DNA of 64,000 bases from Opitutaceae bacterium (GTDB lineage Bacteria > Verrucomicrobiota > Verrucomicrobiia > Opitutales > Coraliomargaritaceae): assembly GCA_051252375.1 (NCBI GenBank), contig JBPOFY010000005.1, positions 64,001 through 128,000 of the forward strand. Direction: 5' to 3'. The notes under the pieces were generated by a model, which saw only the letters and a list, made by a program, of their open reading frames with translations, searched no databases and was not told the origin of the DNA. A program made the position numbers and the translations under genes. Positions 20,089 to 30,991 of this stretch are shown here, piece by piece (the first letter of the stretch is position 1; every line of letters begins with the position of its first letter).

Positions 20089-20654
20089 GATGGGGCGTCC
20101 TCCTTGGTTGCTTCTGCTTGTTGTATGAGTTCTTTGGCGAGCGTAGTCAGCTTCGTGCGTTGATCGCTATCGACTGTTTGTTGTGCAAACTTGATGCCAT
20201 CGCATTGTGCTAGAAATTGGGAGAGCTGCGCGCTGTATGTTTGGTCTAGCTGCGTGTTGCCTTTGAGCGAGCGTAGGAATTCTTCGCTGGTGCGTCCTTT
20301 TGCGGGGATGTTTAATCCTTCTTCGAAATAGCGGCGCAATGCGTTGGTGCTGATTACGGCGAAACGTTGGTCATCGGTGGTGAGTGCGGCTGCGGCCTCG
20401 AGTTCGGCGAGTGCGGTTGTGGCGGGTGCGAGTGCGATGTGCTGGTTCTTTAGGTGGCGCACGAACGCGATGATCGCCCAGATGATGAGTGCGAGTGCAA
20501 TGAGTCCGAGCACGATGAAGAGCGTGATTTGCCAAGGCTCGAACATGGGTATCTCAACCGGACCACGCACTCTGTCTAACGACGGGCCAGCCGGCAACTC
20601 AGGTAGCTGGCTGGTCGGTGCGGCGACTGGTGACTGTTGGTTGGTGAGTGGCAT
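20085..20654 (-). CDS. DUF4381-like single-TM protein of Bat operons
   Basis: One TM helix, then AL.EL, LRRYFE, RTSEEFL and CD.IKFA; typical position between DUF58 and batA. Confidence 0.7.
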   Translation of the reverse strand: MPLTNQQSPVAAPTSQLPELPAGPSLDRVRGPVEIPMFEPWQITLFIVLGLIALALIIWAIIAFVRHLKNQHIALAPATTALAELEAAAALTTDDQRFAVISTNALRRYFEEGLNIPAKGRTSEEFLRSLKGNTQLDQTYSAQLSQFLAQCDGIKFAQQTVDSDQRTKLTTLAKELIQQAEATKEDAPS

Positions 20655-20812
20655 TTGTTGGAGAGAAGAGAGAAGAGAGAAGAAATGGGATAGGAGGGAG
20701 GCAGAATAATTTAGGGCAGAATAATTTTTTTAGAAGATGGAGGATGGGAGGTTGGTTATGAATGAGGAAAAGATGATGGCTGTTTTAGCTTTTTAGTATT
20801 TCAGCGTTTCCA

Positions 20813-21733
20813 CTAGTGCCTGCTGGCGCGTCGAGCGAAGAGCTTTCGGAGGGCGGGTAGGTAAGGTTGGTCGGTGCGGGCTTCGATCCAGTCGAGACCT
20901 TTCTTGCGCATGTTGCTGTCGAAGTGGGCGCGACGTTCTTCGGCGAGTGCGGCGTAGCGTTGACGAGTCTTGGCGCTGCTAGTGTCGACTTCGACCATTT
21001 CGCCAGTTTCGGCGTCTTCCAATGTGATCAGTCCTACATTGGGCAAGGTTTGTTCGCGTGGGTCGGAGAGTGCGATGCTGACGAGGTCGTGTCGTTGGTT
21101 GGTCAGCGAGAGGGTGTTGAAGAGGTTCGAACGTTCAACATCCAACGCCGAACGTTGAACGTTGAATGTGTCTGCGTCCAAGAAGTCAGAGATTAGGAAG
21201 ACGACTGTCTTGCGACGTTGCACGCGGTTGAGGTAGTCGAGGGCAACTTTATGATTGGTGCCACGGCCTTTGGGTTCGAAGAAGAGGATGTCGCGAATGG
21301 TGCGTAGCACATGGCGGCGACCTTTCTTGGGCGGGATGTAATGTTCGACTTCGTCGGTGTAGAGTAGGAGACCGACTTTGTCGTTGTTGAGCGTGGCTGA
21401 AAAGGCGATGACGCTGGCGATTTCGGCGGCGCGTTCGCGTTTGCTATGTTCGACTGATCCGAACACGCCCGAGGCGCTGAGGTCGATCAACAGCATGAGG
21501 GTGAGTTCGCGCTCTTCGCGGAAAACTTTCACGAAGGGGCGATCCATTTTCGCGCTGACGTTCCAGTCGATCGTGCGCACGTCGTCACCGATGGCGTATT
21601 CGCGGACTTCTTCGAAATCCATACCACGTCCTTTAAAAGAACTGTGGTAGGCGCCAGTCACGGAGTCCGTCACCAACTGGCGGGTGCGGATTTCGAGACG
21701 CCGGACTTTCTTTATGATGTCGGTGGGTGTCAC
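20813..21733 (-). CDS. DUF58 domain protein
   Basis: KGRGMDFEEVREY..GDDVRTIDWNVSA, EEREL, DLSAS, ISDF; follows moxR. Confidence 0.92.
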   Translation of the reverse strand: MTPTDIIKKVRRLEIRTRQLVTDSVTGAYHSSFKGRGMDFEEVREYAIGDDVRTIDWNVSAKMDRPFVKVFREERELTLMLLIDLSASGVFGSVEHSKRERAAEIASVIAFSATLNNDKVGLLLYTDEVEHYIPPKKGRRHVLRTIRDILFFEPKGRGTNHKVALDYLNRVQRRKTVVFLISDFLDADTFNVQRSALDVERSNLFNTLSLTNQRHDLVSIALSDPREQTLPNVGLITLEDAETGEMVEVDTSSAKTRQRYAALAEERRAHFDSNMRKKGLDWIEARTDQPYLPALRKLFARRASRH

Positions 21734-21782
21734 TTGAATAACTAATGGCTAATGAATAATAGCTAATGAGTGATTTCGGGAC

Positions 21783-22778
21783 CTAGGGGACTGGGACGGC
21801 TTCGAAGATGGAGGTGACGAGGTCTTCGCTGGTGATCTCTTCAGCTTCGGCTTCGTAGCTGGGGATCACGCGGTGGCGAAGCACGTCCATGCCGATTTCC
21901 TTGATGTCTTGTGGAATGACGTAACCGCGGCCTTGCATGAGCGCCCAGGCTTTGGCGGCTAGTGTGAGGCTGATCGTGGCGCGAGGGCTGGCTCCGAATT
22001 GGATGTATTGAGCGAGCTCGAGCTTGAAAGCTTTCGGATCGCGGGTGGCGAGGATGAGATCGACGATGTAGTCGCGGATCTTGGGGTCGACGTAGACATC
22101 GTTGACGGATTTACGCGCATCGGCAATGGCTTCGAGTGTGGTGACCGGGTTGACGTCTAGCTTGGGTGCGGTCGATGACATGCGGTCGAGGATTTCGCGC
22201 TCTTCAGCTTTGCTGGGGTAGCCGACTTTGAGTTTTAACATGAAACGGTCGACTTGTGCCTCGGGTAGTGGGTAGGTGCCTTCTTGGTCGATCGGATTTT
22301 CAGTTGCGAGGACGAGGAAGGGTTCCGGAAGTTTGTAAGTGGCGTCGCCGATGGTGACTTGACGCTCTTGCATGGCTTCGAGGAGCGCGCTTTGCACTTT
22401 GGCGGGGGCACGATTGATTTCGTCCGCCAGCACGAGGTTGGCGAAGATGGGACCCTTACGTGTGTGGAAGGTGCTGTCCTTAGGGCTGTAGATCAGGGTG
22501 CCGATGATGTCGGCTGGTAAGAGATCGGGGGTGAACTGGATGCGCTTGAAGTCGGCGGCTGTAGCTGTCGCGAGTGTGCGGATACTGAGTGTCTTTGCTA
22601 GTCCGGGGACGCCTTCTAGGAGCACGTGGCCATTGGCGAGGAGACCGACCAAGAGGCGGTCGACCAAGTAGCGTTGTCCGACGATGACGCTGCCAATTTC
22701 TTCGCGCAGGGTCGGGATCCAACTAATCGCGGCTTTGATGGAGGCTTCTGTTTCAGGAGAAGTTGTAGGTTGAGTCAT
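21783..22778 (-). CDS. moxR: MoxR family AAA+ ATPase
   Basis: GVPGLAKT, RIQFTPDLLPAD, LADEINRAPAKVQSALLEAMQE, GTYPLPEAQVDRF. Confidence 0.95.
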   Translation of the reverse strand: MTQPTTSPETEASIKAAISWIPTLREEIGSVIVGQRYLVDRLLVGLLANGHVLLEGVPGLAKTLSIRTLATATAADFKRIQFTPDLLPADIIGTLIYSPKDSTFHTRKGPIFANLVLADEINRAPAKVQSALLEAMQERQVTIGDATYKLPEPFLVLATENPIDQEGTYPLPEAQVDRFMLKLKVGYPSKAEEREILDRMSSTAPKLDVNPVTTLEAIADARKSVNDVYVDPKIRDYIVDLILATRDPKAFKLELAQYIQFGASPRATISLTLAAKAWALMQGRGYVIPQDIKEIGMDVLRHRVIPSYEAEAEEITSEDLVTSIFEAVPVP

Positions 22779-22899
22779 AATAGTATGCAAAAAGTGAGAG
22801 ATTTTTGGTTATCAGCGTTCACTGACAGCTGATCAATGGATCGGTTTCATAGGAATGTGAAGATTGCTTTTTAAGTCAAGTTGCGCCTTATTGTCTCAC

Positions 22900-24267
22900 A
22901 TGCCAGCAACCATTTTAGTCGTCGATGACGAGAAGAACACCCGCGAAGGGCTAGGGCTTGCCTTAGAGGAAGAATATGAGGTCTATATGGCTTCCGGTGC
23001 GGAGGAGGCGTTCAACCTGATGGAGGCAGAAAGCTTTGATGTTATTTTGACGGATTTGCGGATGGCGGGAAAGTCGGGTCTGAAAGTGATTGATAAAGCG
23101 ATCACTCTGCCGAATCGACCGATCTGTATTATGATGACGGCCTATGGTAACGTGGAGACTGCGGTCGAAGCGATGCGACGTGGGGCTTTCGACTTTTTGA
23201 CAAAGCCGGTGAGTTTGGAGAAATTGGAGATTCTGATTAAGCGCGCGCTTCAGTCCCGCACAATTGAGGCAGAGAACGTTGTGCTGCACGAGCGCTTGGA
23301 TAAAAAATACAGTTTCGATGGGATTGTGGGCAATTCGCCGAGCCTTGTGGATGTTTTGGACAAGGTGAAACTGGTGGCGCCGTCGAAGGCCACTGTGCTG
23401 CTTGAGGGTGAGACGGGCACGGGTAAGGAACTCATTGCGCAGGCCATCCACCAGAATAGTAATCGCGCGCGCCAGGCGTTTGTGCCGGTCCATTGTGCGG
23501 CCTTGGCTGCGAATCTGCTCGAAAGCGAACTATTTGGGCACGAGAAGGGCGCTTTCACTGGCGCGACTGAGCGGCGGATCGGACGGTTTGAATCGGCTGA
23601 TAAAGGGACATTGTTTTTGGATGAAATCGGTGAAATCGATGCGTCGACTCAGGTGAAATTGCTGCGCTTCCTAGAAACTCGTAGTTTCGAGCGACTTGGT
23701 AGCTCTAAGCCAGTGCAGGTGGACGTGCGCCTCGTGTGCGCAACCAACCGCAACCTCGCTGAAATGGCTAAAACGGGCGAATTCCGCGAAGACCTGCTGT
23801 ATCGTCTGAATGTTGTTACGATCGATTTACCGGCTCTGCGGGATCGCCACGACGATCTGCTGGTTTTACTCAATCACTACATGCACTTTTTTGCGGAGGA
23901 GAACGAAGTGGAGCCCGTCGTGTTGACTGAAGGTGCGCTCAAGGTGCTACGTGCATACACTTGGCCAGGTAATATACGCGAACTTCGGAACTTCTGTGAG
24001 AATATCGTCGTGCTGAAACGAGGCAGTGAGGTCAATGAATACGACCTCGATGCCAAGTATCATGCCCTGGTCGAGGCCCACCAATCGCCACAGATGCTGA
24101 GCAGTAGTCCTACGCTGAGTAAGGAGGAGAACGAAAAACGTTTACTGCGTAATGCACTGATTAAGGCGAATGGCAACCGCACTAAGGCTGCAGAGTTGAT
24201 GGGGATCAGCCGCCGGACGCTCCATCGTAAGATCACTCAATGGCCCGAACTCGACGTGGGGAAGTAG
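22900..24267 (+). CDS. sigma-54-dependent response regulator (NtrC/AtoC family)
   Basis: Receiver (VVDDE, TDLRM), GETGTGKE, ESELFGHEKGAFTGA, WPGNIREL, Fis-type HTH. No cognate kinase adjacent. Confidence 0.95.
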   Translation: MPATILVVDDEKNTREGLGLALEEEYEVYMASGAEEAFNLMEAESFDVILTDLRMAGKSGLKVIDKAITLPNRPICIMMTAYGNVETAVEAMRRGAFDFLTKPVSLEKLEILIKRALQSRTIEAENVVLHERLDKKYSFDGIVGNSPSLVDVLDKVKLVAPSKATVLLEGETGTGKELIAQAIHQNSNRARQAFVPVHCAALAANLLESELFGHEKGAFTGATERRIGRFESADKGTLFLDEIGEIDASTQVKLLRFLETRSFERLGSSKPVQVDVRLVCATNRNLAEMAKTGEFREDLLYRLNVVTIDLPALRDRHDDLLVLLNHYMHFFAEENEVEPVVLTEGALKVLRAYTWPGNIRELRNFCENIVVLKRGSEVNEYDLDAKYHALVEAHQSPQMLSSSPTLSKEENEKRLLRNALIKANGNRTKAAELMGISRRTLHRKITQWPELDVGK

Positions 24268-24382
24268 TGCGGTCTGCTGGGAGTGAGGCATTGATGTTTG
24301 ACTCTCTCTGCTTGATTCACAGGAATACTACCACGATTGACTCATTTTTGATAAATTGCCTACCCCGTTTGTATTTATACTT

Positions 24383-25243
24383 ATGCTTACTCGCTTTTCT
24401 TTAATTTTTCTCACTGCTTCCACTTTACTAAGTGCGGTCGAAGTCCGTATGGCGGCATCTGATCTCCTCGCTGATTTTATTAAAGCGCCACTTGATGCTT
24501 ATGGTGCGGTGAATGATATAACGTTTAACATCGAAAGCGTTGGTAGTTTGCCTGCGATGGATCGTTTGAGGTCTGATGAAATTGATTTAGCAATCATTGC
24601 AGTGCCTGATGCCAGTCAAGTGCCACGTGATGAATTCATGGTCTATCCATTTGCTTATGATGTTGCGGTAGTTGCTGTTAATGCGGGTAACCCTATTGAC
24701 GAAATCACGCTCAGTCGCCTTGGCGGCATTTTTGGATTGAATGAAGAATTCAACTACAACAATTGGGGAGAGTTGGGGCTTTCTGGTTGGGGCAGCCGTT
24801 CGATCAAGCCGATGGCTGGGCCTTCCGAAAGAAGTATTTCACTCGAGCTTTTCAAGCACTCCGTTTTTAAGGGAGCCGTGATGAAGCCAAAGGTTGCCAT
24901 GGTAAAGGACACGGAAGTGGAAGACATGCTCGCCAGTGACGCTGGTTCGATTGCGATTCTTTCATCATTACCCACTAGCGGGAAAGTAAAGACGCTCTTG
25001 GTGGCTGAGACATCAGATAGTCCTGCCTTCGGTCCTTCTGAGGACAATGTTCATTATGGAGACTATCCTATCCGTTTGTCCTTTTATATTGTTTATAATC
25101 AGCGCGATGAGGCTAAAATGAAGCCAGTTCTTCGAGTGTTGTTGGATGATGTTACTGCTGAGAGTTTACGTTCAAATAAGCTATTTGCCCTTCCAGATAC
25201 GATCCGCCGAAAGCTGACAATCGATCTCGATTTAGAAAATTAA
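24383..25243 (+). CDS. PstS-like periplasmic substrate-binding protein
   Basis: Signal peptide; AYDVAVVAVN..NPI.EITL..L.GIF, NW.ELG and YPI motifs of the PBP/PstS fold; no ABC permease nearby. Confidence 0.6.
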   Translation: MLTRFSLIFLTASTLLSAVEVRMAASDLLADFIKAPLDAYGAVNDITFNIESVGSLPAMDRLRSDEIDLAIIAVPDASQVPRDEFMVYPFAYDVAVVAVNAGNPIDEITLSRLGGIFGLNEEFNYNNWGELGLSGWGSRSIKPMAGPSERSISLELFKHSVFKGAVMKPKVAMVKDTEVEDMLASDAGSIAILSSLPTSGKVKTLLVAETSDSPAFGPSEDNVHYGDYPIRLSFYIVYNQRDEAKMKPVLRVLLDDVTAESLRSNKLFALPDTIRRKLTIDLDLEN

Positions 25244-25261
25244 TTTTTATAAAAAAACGCG

Positions 25262-25289
25262 TTGACATAGGAAGCCTCTTATAGATTCT
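25262..25289 (+). promoter_or_regulatory. putative sigma-70 promoter of the tRNA
   Basis: Perfect TTGACA preceded by an A-tract (UP-like); -10 box is weak. Confidence 0.45.
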
Positions 25290-25309
25290 CTCGGCTTCTT
25301 TCAACAAAA

Positions 25310-25385
<76 letters not shown>

Positions 25386-25391
25386 ATTTCT

Positions 25392-25425
25392 AAAAGGCCT
25401 TCGGATCGTTCCGGAGGCCTTTTTT
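25392..25425 (+). terminator. terminator after tRNA-Gly
   Basis: aaaaGGCCTTCGGA-tcgt-TCCGGAGGCC-tttttt. Confidence 0.85.
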
Positions 25426-25543
25426 ATGCAACAAGGAAGAGGTGAGAACTCGGCCGGAGAGTTTGACGGAGCCCTGAGCTTGTCGAAGGGCGGAGATGGC
25501 CCGGTCGCAGACCGCTGCGCAGCAGTGAGGCACAGCCTCAGGC

Positions 25544-25609
25544 AACCTCTTCACTCACTCCATTTTCTTAAAGGCCTCCGATTTAATCCGGGGGCCTTTT
25601 TTGTGCAAC
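25544..25609 (+). repeat. duplicate of the tRNA 3' end (19 bp exact) plus a diverged terminator copy
   Basis: aacctcttcactcactcca at 25367-25385 and 25544-25562; second hairpin at 25570-25602. Confidence 0.85.
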
Positions 25610-25714
25610 GCCTTGCACCTTCGACGGTTCGGGTCGCTCACGGCTCAAGTCGGGGAGAGTGGGGCGGCTACATTTAAGTGTTTCTCCGGGGCGGTCGATA
25701 AGTCTGGGTCATTC

Positions 25715-25796
25715 TGTAGCCACGGCAGTCTCTGCCGTGTCTTGCAAGGAGTTCCCGTTGCTAAGGCTCAACACGGCAGAGACTGCCGTGGCTACA
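25715..25796. repeat. inverted pair of GTAG-REP (TGTAGCCACG family)
   Basis: tgtagccacggcagtctctgccgtgt ... acacggcagagactgccgtggctaca. Confidence 0.85.
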
Positions 25797-25926
25797 TTTA
25801 ATTATTTCAGAGGTTCTGCTGGCTAAATTCCTGATCGCCATTGACTCGCATCGTCATGTTTATTGAGTGCCTGCTTTGCTTTGGCGCAGATTGTCTGCGT
25901 ATGGTTTAACTGTATTACTTTTTATT

Positions 25927-27291
25927 ATGTCACAAGTTCGCGTCCGTTTTGCTCCGAGTCCTACCGGTTTCTTCCACATTGGAAGTGCCCGCACGGCATT
26001 ATTTAATTGGCTGTATGCTCGCCATACAGGGGGCACTTTTGTGCTACGGATTGAAGATACCGACAAGGAGCGTAATACGGATGAAGCACTGCGTGTGCTT
26101 TTGGAAGGCATGCGCTGGCTCGGGCTCGACTGGGATGAAGGACCTGAAGCGGGCGGCGACTATGGACCTTATTTTCAGAGCCAACGTCAGTCGATCTACG
26201 ATGAGTATCTTAAAAAGTTGGTCGATGCCGGTCGCACTTACGAGAAAGACGGAGCTATCTGGTTCAAGCTGGAGGGCGAGCGTTACACGGCTTACGACGA
26301 GTATCTTAAAGCTGAGATTGAGAAGGTCAAAACTGTGCCCGTCGTGATCGACGACGCAGTTCGTGGTCGTGTCGAGCGCGCGGAGGAGAAGGATTTCGTT
26401 CTTGTTCGTAAGGACGGCAGCCCGGTTTTTCACTTTGTCAATGTGGTCGACGATATCGCCATGGGGATCACTCACGTCATTCGCGGTGAAGACCATCTTT
26501 CCAATACGAGTAAGCACGTCGAGCTCTTCAACGCGTTCGGCGTTGAGCCTCCTGTGTTTGCCCATATCCCCTTGATTCTGAAAGAAGAAGGCTCGGGCAA
26601 AATGAGCAAGCGCGACAAAGGCGCATTGATCGAAGAATATGAAGAGCGTGGTTTTCTTGCTGCAGCGGTGAGGAACTATATCTCCTTGCTCGGTTGGAAT
26701 CCGAAAGACGAGCGTGAGAAGATGGATATCGGTGAGATCATCGACCTGTTTGATTTCCCCGGTATCAACAAAGGCAATTCACGTTTCGACGAGAAGAAGC
26801 TCTCTGCGCTGAATGCCGAGTATTTGCGTGAACTGAATCTGGAGAGCTTTACCTTCCTCGCGCGTCCATTGCTCAACCAAGCTGGGGTGGTTGCAGAGGA
26901 TGAGGACGAAGATTACTTGCAAGCCGTCTTGGGGCTCTGCCAACCCAAAGCACGTTCACTCGATACAATGAGTGAGATGTGCGCCTACTTTTTCCAGGAC
27001 GATTATGCGTTGGATGAAAAGACGGGTGCTAAAATATCGAAAAAAGCGGATCCGAAAGTATTGCTCGCCGAGGTGCTGCCTATTTTGGAAACAATGGAGC
27101 CCTTCGACGCGGATAGTTTGAAGTCGGCTCTCGAGGCGCATGCAGAATCTCAGGGACAGAAGGTATTCGCCTATTTCCCTGCACTGCGTTATTCCGTAAG
27201 CGGGCAGGGCGGTGGACCTGATTTGTTGCCGATGCTTGCAGTGATGGGGCGTGATCGTGTGGTTTCTCGGATTCAGCGATTCATTGGTTAG
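25927..27291 (+). CDS. gltX: glutamate--tRNA ligase
   Basis: [29 protein letters not shown]; has the C-terminal anticodon-binding domain. Confidence 0.95.
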   Translation: MSQVRVRFAPSPTGFFHIGSARTALFNWLYARHTGGTFVLRIEDTDKERNTDEALRVLLEGMRWLGLDWDEGPEAGGDYGPYFQSQRQSIYDEYLKKLVDAGRTYEKDGAIWFKLEGERYTAYDEYLKAEIEKVKTVPVVIDDAVRGRVERAEEKDFVLVRKDGSPVFHFVNVVDDIAMGITHVIRGEDHLSNTSKHVELFNAFGVEPPVFAHIPLILKEEGSGKMSKRDKGALIEEYEERGFLAAAVRNYISLLGWNPKDEREKMDIGEIIDLFDFPGINKGNSRFDEKKLSALNAEYLRELNLESFTFLARPLLNQAGVVAEDEDEDYLQAVLGLCQPKARSLDTMSEMCAYFFQDDYALDEKTGAKISKKADPKVLLAEVLPILETMEPFDADSLKSALEAHAESQGQKVFAYFPALRYSVSGQGGGPDLLPMLAVMGRDRVVSRIQRFIG

Positions 27292-27506
27292 CAGAATCGT
27301 GGTGTTTCGCAAAATACTGTAGGCGAGAAAAGAGTTGAAATGCTAAAACCTCTGCGTAAAAGTGGGTGTTCTTGTATGGTTAACCAATCACAACCAAATA
27401 TGGTATGAAGCGACACTTAAGCGGACAGCACGGAGCTGCCCTCGCTTTGTCTTAGGTTTTTACTGGCTGAAATCCGATACAAGACGCACATCTCCCTTAA
27501 TAATTA

Positions 27507-28160
27507 ATGGCAAAATACCCGAATTCTCGCGGCAACTATCACAACCGTAATCAAGGACCTAAAGGTCTAAGAAGAAATGATCGCATCCGCGCAGCTGAAG
27601 TCCGCGTGATCGGCCCTGAAGGCACCAACATCGGTGTGATGCCTCCCAAGAAGGCACTAGAACTGGCCAAGAAAGTAGGGCTCGATTTGATCGAAGTATC
27701 GCCGGCTGCGCGCCCACCGGTATGCCGTATTTTGGATTTCGGCAAGTTCCTCTACGAGGAGAGTAAAAAGGCTAAGGATACGAAGCAGCACAGCACCAAG
27801 TTGAAAGAGGTGAAGTTTCGTGTGTCGATTGGTAGCCATGACTTTGAAACCAAACTGCGCCGTGCGGAAAATTTCCTCCACCATGGCAACAAGGTGAAAT
27901 TAACTTTGCAGTTCCGTGGTCGTGAGAATGAGCACCGCGAGCTTGGCTTTAATCGTGTTAATTTGGCAAAAGATGAGTTGGCTGGTGTCTCCACCGCTGA
28001 TTCACCACCACGCTTGGTGGGTCGTCAAGTGACCGCTATTTTATCTCCACTTCCTGAAGGTAAACGTAAATTGAAATTCAATCGTCCTGATGTGGAACTA
28101 GATACTAGTGAGGATCATGATGACGATGATTTTGAAGCAGAAGAAGAGTCAGATTCCTAG
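27507..28160 (+). CDS. infC: translation initiation factor IF-3
   Basis: [44 protein letters not shown]. Confidence 0.96.
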   Translation: MAKYPNSRGNYHNRNQGPKGLRRNDRIRAAEVRVIGPEGTNIGVMPPKKALELAKKVGLDLIEVSPAARPPVCRILDFGKFLYEESKKAKDTKQHSTKLKEVKFRVSIGSHDFETKLRRAENFLHHGNKVKLTLQFRGRENEHRELGFNRVNLAKDELAGVSTADSPPRLVGRQVTAILSPLPEGKRKLKFNRPDVELDTSEDHDDDDFEAEEESDS

Positions 28161-28167
28161 TTAAGGC

Positions 28168-29196
28168 ATGCGGGTCGGAGCCCATCAGATGAGTGCTTCA
28201 CGACTCGCGTCACGTTCGGGTGGCTTGACCTGTTTTTGTTTCGTCCTCTTGTCGCTTTTAACTGCGACAACACTTTCGGCGCGTGAAATACAAGTTTCGG
28301 GCCGCGCTTATGTCGATCTCGGCACAGTGGCTCAACGCTTTGGTATGCAGAGTTACTGGCTTGCCGGGTATAAAACCTATCGGTTGAAAAGTCGCTGGAC
28401 CACGATTGATGCAGGTAAGAACGCGAAGACACTTCAAGTGAATCGCCTGCCTGTATATCTTGGGTTTCCGATGGTGGAGTCTCGTGGGCAGTTGTTTATC
28501 GCGAAGGCTGACTATCAACATGTGCTGCAATCAATTTTGACCCCGCAAGCCTTTCGGCCTGTGCCAGGGTTGCGGCGTATCGTGATTGATGCGGGGCATG
28601 GCGGCAAGGACAGTGGTGCGCGCAATGATGCTTACGGTTTGAAGGAGAAGGAGCTCACCTTGGATGTCTCACGGCGGCTAAAGTCTTTGCTGGAGCGTGC
28701 AGGCTATGATGTGGTTATGACTCGTGACAGCGATGTCTATATTCCGCTCGATCAACGGCCCAAGATGGCGAATCGAACAAAGGGTGATTTGTTTCTAAGT
28801 TTGCATTTCAATGCCGCTGGTTCGTCCACGGCGGCGGGGTTTGAGTCCTATGCTTTGACGCCACAATACCAGGCTTCTTCCAAATACGCTAAGCCCGAGT
28901 CTCGAGATAATGTCGCCTATACGGGCAATCGTCAGGATGCTTGGAATACATTGATCAGCTATCATGTGCAGCGTGCCTTGGTGCAGCGCTTGGGTGGACC
29001 GGATCGCGGCTTAAAGCGTGCGCGCTTCCTTGTTTTGAAACACTTGGACTGTCCAGGTGTCCTTGTAGAATTAGGTTTTGTTTCTCATCCCGGCACCGCG
29101 CAGAAGCTGCGGACCGCTGCTTTTCGTCAAACACTTGCTCAAAGTCTTTTCGAGGGCATTGTTGCCTATCGTAACCGATTAGCACGTATTCAATAA
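28168..29196 (+). CDS. N-acetylmuramoyl-L-alanine amidase (Amidase_3)
   Basis: IDAGHGGKDSGA, EK.LTL, SLHFNA, LVELGFVS; start may be 28189. Confidence 0.92.
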   Translation: MRVGAHQMSASRLASRSGGLTCFCFVLLSLLTATTLSAREIQVSGRAYVDLGTVAQRFGMQSYWLAGYKTYRLKSRWTTIDAGKNAKTLQVNRLPVYLGFPMVESRGQLFIAKADYQHVLQSILTPQAFRPVPGLRRIVIDAGHGGKDSGARNDAYGLKEKELTLDVSRRLKSLLERAGYDVVMTRDSDVYIPLDQRPKMANRTKGDLFLSLHFNAAGSSTAAGFESYALTPQYQASSKYAKPESRDNVAYTGNRQDAWNTLISYHVQRALVQRLGGPDRGLKRARFLVLKHLDCPGVLVELGFVSHPGTAQKLRTAAFRQTLAQSLFEGIVAYRNRLARIQ

Positions 29197-29200
29197 CACT

Positions 29201-30853
29201 ATGATTTTTAGAAACTGCTTTGCCCATTTTTGGATACTTGTAACCGCGTCATTATTCGTAGGTGCTGTTGCGTTCGCGAGTGATGAAGCCGCGCGTGTGG
29301 TCATACTGGTCAACGGCAACGATGCAGAATCGGTCGAGATCGGGGAGTATTACGCATCGAAGCGTGGAATACCTGAGAAAAATATCATACACCTCGCTAC
29401 CAGCAAGGCAGAGACAATCACGGTATCGGAATATGTTGAGACGATTTACAACCCCTTGCTTTCGAAACTGATTGAAGGCGACTGGGTGCAGGGTGTTCGT
29501 GCGTCGGGTTCGGATCGTTATGGTCGGCAGGGCATGTCGGTCGCGGTGCATTCCATTAGTTATTTGGTAACAGTTCGGGGTGTGCCTTTGCGGATTTCAA
29601 ACGCACCGGAGTTGATCGAAGCGGATACGGGAAAAATGAATGAGGAATTTAAGGTCAATCGAGGGGCTGTTGATGGAGAGTTGGCGCTTTTGCTGGCTCC
29701 ATCTCATGTCTCAATGACTGCGTTTGTTCCGAATCCGCTATTTGAAAAGAAAAGTCCGTTGGCGGGAGATTTGAGCCGATTGATACGTGTCACTCGCCTA
29801 GATGGTCCGAAGGCAGGCGATGTAATGAAGCTCGTCGATCGCACATTGGAAGCAGAGCGCACTGGTCTGATGGGTCGTGCATATTTCGATATTGGCGGAC
29901 CGCACAATAGTGGTGACGAGTGGATGAATGCTGCGGGTGACCTCGCGAAAGCGGCATATTTTGATACTTCATTTGAAACGACAAAGCGCCCGATGGGCAT
30001 GAATGATCGTTACGATGGTCCCGCAATTTATATGGGTTGGTATCGCCCCAATGCTTATGGTCCTTGGCGGGCGCCGCGCTGGTCTGTGCCTCCTGGTGCG
30101 ATAGGATTTCATTTACATAGTTATTCCGCCCCTACCGTGCGTAGTGCAAAACAAGGATGGTTGGGGCCTTTGGTGGCTCAGGGCTACTGCGCGACAATGG
30201 GCAATGTATATGAGCCGTATTTACAGTTTACGCATCGGCCACAGTTGCTTTTGGAGCATTTGCTCACGGGGCATACTTTTGGAGAAGCAATTGCGTATTG
30301 TAATCCGAGTTTGAGCTGGATGGGGGTTGCGATCGGAGATCCTCTCTATCGTCCATTTAAAATCGATTTGGAGGAGCAGTTGGCACAGGTGCCGGAGGGT
30401 CCCTTTGCGGTGTATGTGCATCTTCGTGAGATCAACCGTTTGAAGGCGGAAGTCAGTCAGTCAGCGGCTTTGGCTTATGCTCGAAAGAATTTTGTAGCTC
30501 AGCCTTCGCTCGCATTGGCATATGAGCTGGCTCAGCTGTTTGCTGCTGAAGGACAAAAGAAAGAGTCTGTCGAAGCGCTTAAGATTATTCGTTATATCGA
30601 TGAGTATTCCGATGACGAACAGATCTTGGTGAAGCAGATTGCCGATTTTCTTTACAAGCAAGGGGAGGGGGCTGCTGCGATGGAAATTTATGAAAGCCTC
30701 ATCGAGCAAAGGTATCTCGATAAGCAATTACGTATCGCATTGCTGGAGGGAGGGGCAAAAGTCGCTGCCACCGCAGGCACCTCAACTCAGGCATCACGCT
30801 GGAATCTGGAAGCACGCCAATTGAAAGCGCCGCCTTCGCCGAAGAGGAAATAG
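29201..30853 (+). CDS. TIGR03790 family protein with C-terminal TPR-like region
   Basis: VILVN..D.ES.EIGEYYA.KRGIP..N, GVPLRI, VDGELA, RLDGP, PGAIGFHLHS, GNVYEPYL, LSW....GDPLYRPF. Confidence 0.85.
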   Translation: MIFRNCFAHFWILVTASLFVGAVAFASDEAARVVILVNGNDAESVEIGEYYASKRGIPEKNIIHLATSKAETITVSEYVETIYNPLLSKLIEGDWVQGVRASGSDRYGRQGMSVAVHSISYLVTVRGVPLRISNAPELIEADTGKMNEEFKVNRGAVDGELALLLAPSHVSMTAFVPNPLFEKKSPLAGDLSRLIRVTRLDGPKAGDVMKLVDRTLEAERTGLMGRAYFDIGGPHNSGDEWMNAAGDLAKAAYFDTSFETTKRPMGMNDRYDGPAIYMGWYRPNAYGPWRAPRWSVPPGAIGFHLHSYSAPTVRSAKQGWLGPLVAQGYCATMGNVYEPYLQFTHRPQLLLEHLLTGHTFGEAIAYCNPSLSWMGVAIGDPLYRPFKIDLEEQLAQVPEGPFAVYVHLREINRLKAEVSQSAALAYARKNFVAQPSLALAYELAQLFAAEGQKKESVEALKIIRYIDEYSDDEQILVKQIADFLYKQGEGAAAMEIYESLIEQRYLDKQLRIALLEGGAKVAATAGTSTQASRWNLEARQLKAPPSPKRK

Positions 30854-30991
30854 GGTCCATCGTTTGCAGTAAGGTGTTCTCATACCTAAAACACGCTTAA
30901 TTTCTTTTAATAGGTTCTTGACTCAAGAACCTATGATAAGCAGAAACCGGTTTACTTTTGAGCTTAAACCGCTTTCATCGCGGGTTTTTCC

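Noticed and set aside
25426..25801. Short ORFs after the tRNA
   Set aside because: They run through terminators and REP palindromes and have no recognisable motifs.
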